Shown: one piece after another, positions 54,975 to 64,000 of the stretch | How positions within the stretch are numbered: position 1 is the stretch's first letter | How the letters are laid out: every line of letters begins with the position of its first letter | Source: the human T2T-CHM13v2.0 reference genome, Homo sapiens | Strand: one strand, 5' to 3' | Length of the DNA: 64,000 bases | Assembly: GCF_009914755.1 (NCBI RefSeq) | Contig: NC_060938.1 | Notes under the pieces: generated by a model | The model's database searches: none | What the model was told of the DNA's origin: nothing | The model's input: the letters and a program-made list of their open reading frames with translations, nothing else | Program-made: the position numbers and the translations under genes

Positions 54975-57900
54975 CTGTACAAATTTTGACAGTCAGACTG
55001 TGACTTTCTATTGATGTGTAATTTACATATAATAATATTTACCCTTTCAAGTAAAAATCAGTGTTTTTAGTGTATTCACAAAGATGTGCAGCTATTACCA
55101 CTAAACAATTCCAGAATATTTTCTATTTGTATATTATTTACTGTATCTTCTTTAGAGGAATATCTATTCAGATTCTTTGCCAATTATTAAATTTGGTTGT
55201 CTCTTTAATATGGAATTATGGATATTCCTTCTAACTTCTGGATAAAAGTACCTTTTATAGATATGTGATTTCAAATATTTTCCCATTCCGTCAATGCCTT
55301 TTTTCATTTTCTTTATAGTGTCTGCTGAAATACAGTTTTAATTTTAATATTGATTTTGTAATTTGTCTTTTCTCTTTTCCTTGATAATGAAGTCCAATTT
55401 ATGTTTTTTTCCACTGGTGTTTTTGCTTTTATATCTAAGAAATTTTAGCCTAATCCAAGATCATAAATATTTTCTCAAATATTTTCTTCTAGGAGTTTTT
55501 TTTTAGTTTTAATTTTTATATTTAATTTTATGATCCATTTTAGTTAATTTTTGTGTATAATGGAAAACAAAGATCTGTCTTCATGGTTTTGCATGTAGGC
55601 ATCTAGTTTTATTCCAGAACCATTTGTTAAAGAGACTACTTTATCCCCATTGAATTAACTTGGCAGCCTTGTTGAAAATCAATTGACCATAAAATAATGG
55701 GTTAATTTATGGGCAATAAAATTCTATTTTATTGATTTATATGTCTATCTTTATGCCAGTACCACAGAGTCTTTCTTATATTAGCTTTATAATGGTAAAC
55801 CCTCAAGGTTAGCCAGAGGTGGGAATGTAGGGCCTTATCAGGCCTTTCATCTAGGTTACATAATTTGTTGGAATCCAGTTGTTTATGATATTTCCTTGTA
55901 TAGTTATTTCTGCAGTCAGTAATAATGATCATTCCTTTATTTTTGATTTTTTGCAATTTGTCTTTTCTCTTTTGCTTGGTAATTCTAGCTAAAGGTTTAT
56001 CAATTAAATTGATCTTTTAAAAGAACTAACTGCTAATATTACTGATTTTCTTATTGCTTTTCTATTTAGAATTTCTTTAAACCCTGCTTAAATTATTAAT
56101 GTTTTCTTTTTTTCCTGCTTGCTTTGGATTTGATTTGTCATCTTATTCTAGTTTTCTAAGGTGGAAAGTTCTGTTATGGATTTGATTTTTTCTTTTTTAA
56201 TATCTATATTTTCAGCTATAAATTGTTCCTCTAAGCATTGTTTTAGTTTCCTCCCATAAGTTTTAGTGTGTTATGCTTTCATTTGCCTTCATCTCAACGT
56301 AGTTTATAATTTCTCTTCTGATTTCTTATTTGACTTGTTTAGTATTTAAAGTGTCTGGTTTATTTTCACACGTATTTAAATTTTCCATATTTCCTTCTGC
56401 CATTGATTTCTAATGCCATTAAACCAAGGTCAGTGAATTTCAACCATTTCAAAAAATATTTCTTTATTTATTTTTAATTGGCAGTAATTATACTTATGGG
56501 ATAGAATGTTATGTTTTGATCTTTGTATACATTATAGAAAAATTTAATGAAGCTAATTAGCATATCCATTATCTCACGAACTTATTATAGTTTTATGGTA
56601 AGAACATTAAAAATCCATTATTTTAGCAATTTTAAAACATTAAATACATTATCATGAACTGTGGTCATGATGAAATGCAATTGATCATGAAAACTTATTC
56701 TTGCCATCTAACTGAAACCTTGTACACTTTGACCAATATCTTCTCTTCCCATTCCCCCTGTCAAACCACCACAGCCACTGGTAATAACTTTCTATGCTCT
56801 GCCTCTGTGAAATCGATGTCTTTAGATTCCACATGTAAGTGAGATCATACATTATTTTATCTCTCTGTGTCTCGCTTATTTCACTTGACATAAAGTTTAC
56901 CAGTTCTATGTTGTCACAAATGAAAAAAATGTCATTTTTTAAAAAAAGCTGTGTAGTATTCCATTGTGTATATATACTGCATTTAAAAAGTTTATTCACT
57001 CATTGATAGACACTTAGATTGCTCCATCCTTGGCCATTGTAAATAATGCTGCAAATAACATGAGTGGACAGATATATCTTTAATATAAAAATTTCAATTC
57101 TTTTTTATATATTCCAGACATGGAATTGTTGATCATATGGTAGTTCTCTTTTTAGGTTTTTGAGGAAATTCCATATTATTTTCAAAAATGCTTGTACTAG
57201 TTAACATCCCCAACAGTGTACAAGGACTCCATTTACTTCAGGTACTCACCAACACTTGTTATATTTTGTCTTTTTTGTAATAGTCATTCAAAAGAGCTTG
57301 ATAAAATATATCATAGTGATTTTTATTTGCATTTATTTGATGATTAGAGAGGTTGAGCATTTTTTAACATATCTTTTGACCATTCATATGTCTTCTCTTG
57401 AGATACGTCTGGCCAGGTTCTTTGCTAATTTTATAATCAGGATATTTGTTTTCTTGCTGTTGAATTATTTAGTTCTTTATATATTTTAGATTTTTGTCCT
57501 TTATCAGAGATACATGGTTTGCTATTATGTTCTCTTAATCTGTGGGTTGTCTGTTCACTTTGTTCATTGTTTACTTTGAAGAAGCTTTTTAGTTTCATGC
57601 AATCAATTCTTAAAATTTATGGAGGCTTTTTTTTGTTCTTTCCTGTAGAATGTTTCATATTTATTAGAGAAGGATGTATATTCTGCTGTGTTTTTTTGAC
57701 ATGTTCTATAGATATCTCTTAGGTCTAAGTAGTTTATCATGTTTTTTAAATCTTCTATTTGAGTATTGACATTCTGTCTTATTATAGCTATTATTTCAAG
57801 GTGAGCATTCAAATATCCAATTATTGTTATTGAAATATATGCTAATCCCTTCAATTCTGTCAATTTTGCTCTCTATGTATTGGATCTCTGTTGTTAGATG

Positions 57901-58080
57901 CACATAGGTTTATAATTGGTACACCTCTTGATAGATTTACCTTTTATCATTACAATTTTTCAATCTATATTAACCATTTTTGTCTTAGAATACTGAAAAC
58001 TATTACAGCCACTGTAGCTCTATGTTGGTCATGCTTACATGGTATATCATTTTCCATTTTTTTGTTTTTAAACTATTTGT
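54975..58080 (-). mobile_element. Stacked antisense L1 fragments (older L1MB/ME host with an L1MA 3' segment at ~56460-57600)
   Basis: L1 ORF2-like ORFs 55729, 56685, 57603; L1MA 3' end at ~56460. Confidence 0.7.
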
Positions 58081-58086
58081 GATTTT

Positions 58087-58449
58087 TTTAAATTTTATTT
58101 TAGATTGAAGAGGTACATATGCAGGTTTCTTATCTGGGTGTATTTCATGATGATGACGTCTGTGGTACAAATTATCCCATCACTCAAGTACTGTGCATAA
58201 CACCTAATAGTTTTTCAATGGCTACCCCCATCCCTACCTCTGCCTACTAGTAGTCCCAAGTTTCTATCATTGCCACCTTTATGTCCATGAATATGTAGTG
58301 TTTAGTTCCCACTTGTAAGTGGGAACATATCATATTTGGTTTTCTGTTCCTGCATTTATTCTGTTAGGATAATGGCCTCCAGGTGCATCCATGTTGCTGC
58401 AAAAAGCATGAATGATTTCATTCTTTTTTTCTGACTGTGTATCCCATTG
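58087..58449 (-). mobile_element. L1PA/PB 3' segment of a 5'-inverted insertion
   Basis: T-tail, gaggtacatatgcaggtttc...gcatccatgttgctgcaaa. Confidence 0.8.
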
Positions 58450-59652
58450 GCTGAGCCAGCACAGAGCTTATGCCTGTAAATAAGGATCAAATTTATACCT
58501 GGCTATATTGCCTGCTCCCAGCTATTACCTATAAGTATCATCTTCTGGCTTGTAGGTCACACTGCACAGTCCAGTATAAAACATGCCAGAAGAATTGCCA
58601 AAACACTCTACCTGGCATTCCCTACAGTCACACTCTCTGGGGAAGGGAAAAAGGGAAAGAAAGAAAGCAATAATATTATAGAGAAAGAAAGAACAAAAAA
58701 AATTACTTTCATGAAAATAATTACAAAAAAATACAAGTATCAGTGTCTCTACAAGAGAGGGAACCAGCACAAAAATTCTGGCACCATGAAAAATCTAACT
58801 GTATTGACACTACCAAAGGATCACACTAGATATCCAGCAATGACCTCTAGCCAAAATGGAAACTCAGAAATGACAAATAATTTAAAGCATGGACAGCAAG
58901 GAAGCTCAGCAAGATCCAAGACAATGTTGAAAATCAACACAAGGAAACTTCTAAAGTAACCCAGAAAATGAAAGAAGAGATAAACATCTTAAAACAAAAT
59001 CAACCAAAGCTTCTAAAATTGAAAAACTCATGTAAGGAATCTCAAACTACAATTAAAAGCTTTATCAATAGACAGGACCAAGCAGAAGAAATAATTTCAA
59101 AGCTTTAAGACCAGACTTTTTTTTAACTTTTATTTTAAGTCCAGAGGCACAGGTACACATTTGTCACATAGGTAAACTTCTGTTATGAGGGTTTGTTGTA
59201 CAGATTATTTTATCACCCAAGTATTAAGCCTAGTACTCATTAGTGGTTTTGCTTGATCCTCTCCCTCCTTTCACCCTCCACTCTCCAAAAAGGCCCCAGT
59301 GTGCGTTTTTCCCTCTATGTGAAGATCACTGTTTTGAACCAATCCAGTCAGACAAAATAAATTAAGAAGAATTTTTAAAAATAAACTCTCCAAGAAATAT
59401 GGGATTATGCAAAGTGACCAGACCTATGAATTATTGGAATTCCTGAGAGAAAAGGAGAAAAAGCAAACAACCTGGAAAACATACTTGAGGGAATAATTCA
59501 AGAAAATTTTTCTAATCTTGCTAAAGAGGTAGACATACAGATATAAGAAATCCAGAGAACACTTGAGAGATACTATATGAAACAGACATAACCAAGGCAC
59601 ATAGCCACCAGACTGTCCAAAGTCAATGCTTAAGAGAAAATCTTAAAGGCAG
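58450..59652 (+). mobile_element. Inverted L1 5'UTR/ORF1 segment of the same insertion
   Basis: ORF1-like aaccagcacaaaaattctggcaccatgaaaaatc...gagaaaatcttaaaggcag; flanking TSD ct(a/c)tttgtgatttt. Confidence 0.75.
59117..59321 (-). mobile_element. L1PA 3'-end fragment nested in the ORF1 segment
   Basis: T-tail, ataggtaaac...tattaagcctagtactcattag. Confidence 0.8.
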
Positions 59653-59771
59653 CTCTTTGTGATTTTGAATCTAATATATATGCCTCTTATAGATAGCATA
59701 TAGTTGAATTATATTGCATTTTAAAATCCATTTTACTATCTGTTTTTTAGTGGGAGTGTTTAGTTCACGTA

Positions 59772-61655
59772 CCTTTTTATATAAATTTGTGGGGTTCAAG
59801 TGTTTTGTTACATGCATAGATTGCAAAGTGGTGAGGTCAGGGTTTTTAGGGTATCCATATCACCCGAATACTGTACATTGAACCCACTTAGTAATGTCTT
59901 ATGCTCCACTCCATCACCCTCATTCCTCTGAGTCACCATTATCTAGCATTGCACAATCTACAGCCACATGTAAGCATTATTTAGTTCCCACTTATAAGTA
60001 AGAACATGAGGTATTCATCTTTCTTTGTCTGACTTGTTTCATCTAAGATAATGGCCTACAGTTCTATTCATGTTGCTGCAAAATATGTGATTTCATTCTT
60101 TTTATGGCTGAATAGTATTCCATTGTGTATGTATACCACCTTTTCTTTAACCTATTATGCATTGATGAACACCTAGGTTGATTCCATATCTTTGCTATTG
60201 TAAATAGTACAGCAACAAACACACCGGTATAGGTATCTATTTGATATGTTTTCTTTTCCTTTGTGTAGTCACTCAGTCATGGGATTGCTAGATGAAATGG
60301 TACTTCTATTTTTAATTCTTTGAGAAATCTTCATATTTTTATAGAGGTTGTACTAGTTTACATTCAGACCAACAGTGTATAAGCATTCTCTTTTCTTCGA
60401 ATCCTTGCCAACGTGTTATTCTTTGTTTTTCTAATAATAGCTATTCTGACTGGTGTAAGATTATATCTCACTGTGGTTTTAACTTGCATTTTTCTGATGA
60501 TTAGTGATGTTAAGAATCTTTTCATATACCTGTTGATCATTTGTATATCTTCTTTTGAAAAACATATATTCATGACCTTTTCCCATTTTTAAAATAGTAT
60601 TATTTGTTTTTGCTTTTGTTGTTGTTGAGTTGTTCGAGTTCTTGCAAATTCTGGATATTAGTCCCCTGTCAGATGCATAGTTTGCACATATTTTCTTCCA
60701 TTCTGAAAGCAGTCTGTTCACCCTGTTGATTCTTTCTTTGGCTGTGCAGAAGCTTTTTAGTTTAATTAAATCTAATTTGTCTATTTTTGTTTTCGCTGCC
60801 TGTACTATTGTGGTCCTAATCATAAGTTCTTTGCCTAGACAAATGTCCAAAAGAAATTCCTTTGGTTTTTCTTCTAGTATTTTTATAATATGAGGTCTTC
60901 CATCGAACTTAATCCATCTGAGTTGATTTTTCATAGATGGTGAGACATAGGGGTCCAATTGTATTCTTCTGCATATTGCAAGCCAATTTTGCTAGTACCA
61001 TTTATTGAAAAGGTTATCTTTTCCCTGATGAATGTTCTTGTTAATTTTTTCAAGATCAGAAGCCTGTAAATATGTGGCTTTATTTTTGAATTCTCTGTTC
61101 CGTTCCATTGATCTGTGTGTCTAATAGGAGTACCATGCTGTTTTGGATACTATTAATTTGGTAAATCTGGCAGTGGAATGTTTCTAGCTTTGTTTTTTGC
61201 TAGTGGAATGCCTCCAGCTTTGTTTTTTAATTTTGATTGTTCTGGCTCTTGGGCTTTTTTATGGTTCCATATGAATGTAGAATATATTTTTTTTTCTAAT
61301 TGTGTGGAAAATGACATATTTTCATGGAAATTGCATTGAATCTGTAGATTGAAATTGTCATTTTAATATTATTAATTCCTCTAAGAGTATGGGATGCTTT
61401 TCCATTTGTTTGTGTCATCTAGAGTTTATTTCAGCAGTTTTATAGTTTTTCTTGTAGAGCTGTTTCACCTCCTTTGTTAAATATATTCCTAAGTATTTGT
61501 TTTTGTAGCTATTGTGAATGGGATTGCCTTCTTGATTTAGTTTTCACCTGGATTGTTATTGGTGTATAGACACACTACTGCTTTTTGTATGTTTATTTTG
61601 AATCCTTAAACTTACCTTGTCAAATCTAGGAGTTTTTTCATAGGGTCTTCAGGAT
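59772..61655 (-). mobile_element. L1PB/L1MA-type 3' ~1.9 kb
   Basis: ORF2 ORFs 60364 and 60479 (DLIKLKSFCTAKE). Confidence 0.85.
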
Positions 61656-61659
61656 TTTA

Positions 61660-61820
61660 TATTTATGGCTTCTGCATTCACAAATTCAACCAAGAGCACA
61701 TCAAAAATTAGGAAAAATAGAATAAAATAGAATGCAAATGAAAGAATAAAGATAACAACTATTTACCTAGTATTTACAGTGTTGTAGGTATTATGAGTAA
61801 TCTGAAGGTGATATTAAAAG
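61660..61820. mobile_element. MER2 (Tigger-family MITE) fragment
   Basis: ttcaaccaa...ataacaactatttac...ggtattatgagtaatctg. Confidence 0.6.
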
Positions 61821-62136
61821 GGGTAACATATAAATTTAGTAAATCATGTGAAGAACAAAATGTGAGAGTCAATAAATTATTTAATGTATTATTATTCAAA
61901 TATATAAATTTTGTCACCATGTTAAATAATGTACTCACTCATCTAAACTGATAATTTCTTTAGTAATCCACTAGTCACTTTATTTGCTGTAATTCTCAAT
62001 AAAAGTGAGAGAGTAACTCATATATGCTGACAATCATTTAATATTTTTAGTTATAAGTTAAATGGTTTGAATTACAAAACCAGCTTACTCAAATAACTTG
62101 GTATGTAGCTAAACATACAATTGCCAATTGCTTATC

Positions 62137-62447
62137 TTTTTTTTTTTTTTTTTTTTTTTTGAGACAAAGTTTCACTCTGTTACCCAGGCTGGAGTTCTGT
62201 GGCTCCATCAGGGCTCACTGCACCTTTGACCTCTTGGAGTGAAGGGAACCTCCCACCTCAGCCTCCTGAGTAGCTGGGACCACAGGCATACACCACTAAG
62301 CCCAGTTAATTTTTGTTTGTTTGTTTCTGTAGAAATGGTGTTTCCTCGTGTTGCCCATGCTGGTCTCCAATTCCTGAACTCAAGTAATCCATCTACCTTG
62401 GCCTCCTAAAGTGCTGGGATTACAGGTGTGAGCCACCATGCTCAGCC
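62137..62447 (-). mobile_element. Alu (AluJ-like)
   Basis: Long T-tail, diverged arms; TSD tgct(t/c)atc. Confidence 0.92.
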
Positions 62448-62874
62448 TGCTCATCATTATTTATATCAACTTCAATCCTAAGGATTATGCTTTTCCTTCT
62501 GTAGGATTTATTAAAAAGAGTCTTTTCTTTGGAATAAACTATTTTGTGACTTTTCTATAAAAACAATGAGACTAGGATTATAGAACATGACTCCTATATT
62601 GCATAGCTTCTCAATGAAAGGAAATATTGAAGATAAATAAAAGGACAAATTGCATATAAGATAAATTAAATACATTATGAACCACTAGAATTGATAAAGT
62701 AATATTTATGTTGTGTTTTTTCTCTCACGACTTTCATCTGACTTTTCACAGAGCAAGTCAGAGACAGTAATCTCATTATAATGGTATTAAAACACCACTC
62801 TTAAACACAAACTGTTTTGAAATTCTTACTTTACAATAACACTCAAGGTTAGCATTAGAAAAAATGATCCTTAC

Positions 62875-62987
62875 TGGTACCTTAAAAAATCCTTTCTGCA
62901 AAAAAAGTAGCCATGCTACCAACTAATAGATCTTTATTATCTTCAGGTTTTATTAGTTGGGGCTACAGTCATGGCAAGAATATAGAT
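62875..62987 (-). pseudogene. Candidate exon (113 nt, disrupted)
   Basis: Acceptor cattctttgtatttag; donor CA|GTAAGG; frame SIFLP*L*PQLIKPEDNKDLLVGSMATFFAERIF*. Confidence 0.3.
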
Positions 62988-64000
62988 CTAAATACAAAGA
63001 ATGTTATTACTTCATCAACCATAAGAAAAGTTACTCTGCAATGATCCTTAATAAGGCTTGCTTTATAATGTTTCTGATTAAGTAATTGCATATACATTGA
63101 CACACACACACAAATGCACTCATCCCACGCTGAACTCTCCATTATTATCTCTGTTACTTAGGAATGCTGTAGCGGATACTGGGGTTTCTCTGTAACCTTC
63201 TTTCCACTATCCACCGATTGTGTAGCACATAGTTGAATTGGCATGCCTAGTCCCTCAGCTTCAACACTTAAAACATTCGGGATTATCCTATGCTTTCTGC
63301 CACCATTGATTTTTTCTTATAACCCAGGCAGAAAACAAGTGGTGTGTGGTGACATTGGCTTAACCACAGAAAATGGTTCAGATTTGGTTCAATGCATTTG
63401 AATTTCAGAAAATTGACTTAGAACATTAAAACAGAGATTTCTTTCTTCCTGATGTAATTTGTAACTTAAAGCCTGAATCTTCTAAAATCACTCAATTATT
63501 TGAGGGAAGCCACTGAAGGATAGAGCTGACACAGAAAGGAAAGAATATGTAGTTGATGCAAACATAAAATAAAATAACAAGGATCCTGATTAAAGAACAA
63601 ACGCCTGAAAACGCTTTAGGTATCCTTTGCTCCTTCATTTGGTTTTAGTAGGTTTACCATTTAATCAAATTTTGATGGCAGGAGATACAATAAATTACAT
63701 ATGACTATTGTTTTCAATATTAAGAAATCCATGCTTAAGAACATATTATATATTCATTGTCTACATAAAACCTTTTCCTTGATTAATACACTTTGTCTAG
63801 GTAAGGGCAGGAGTTGAATATTCCATTTATAGTTGAATTTCACAAGTCTTTAACTTCTAGTAAAAATAAAGTTTCTACCAATAAAAGATAATATGCACCT
63901 AGTAGTATTTAATATTCACATTAGCCAGTCATAAATACTGTAGACAATTCAGTCATATGAGGTTCATCTAGCTCCAAGGACTGTTTAACTTAGTTGTAGA

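Overview
This is AT-rich, CpG-poor primate (human-like) genomic DNA with no CpG island and no intact recognisable protein-coding gene. About half or more is interspersed repeat. That includes a ~12.6 kb composite L1MA-type LINE carrying a near-full-length Charlie3 hAT transposon (perfect 8-bp TSD), a rearranged L1PA and an Alu. It also includes a near-full-length Tigger1, 9 Alu copies/fragments, MaLR/ERV1 solo LTRs, L2, MIR and MER elements. Nearly all long ORFs in the ORF track are TE-derived. The main non-repeat signal is a chain of small exon-like segments on the minus strand, bounded by canonical AG/GT sites, running from ~63 kb to ~1.2 kb. Several are phase-compatible and carry single premature stops, which suggests a decayed multi-exon (unprocessed/unitary) pseudogene or spliced lncRNA. 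One splice path gives a stop-free 113-aa ORF; another frame weakly resembles RGS-like domains. Repeat subfamily names are by-eye recognition and boundaries of old elements are approximate.
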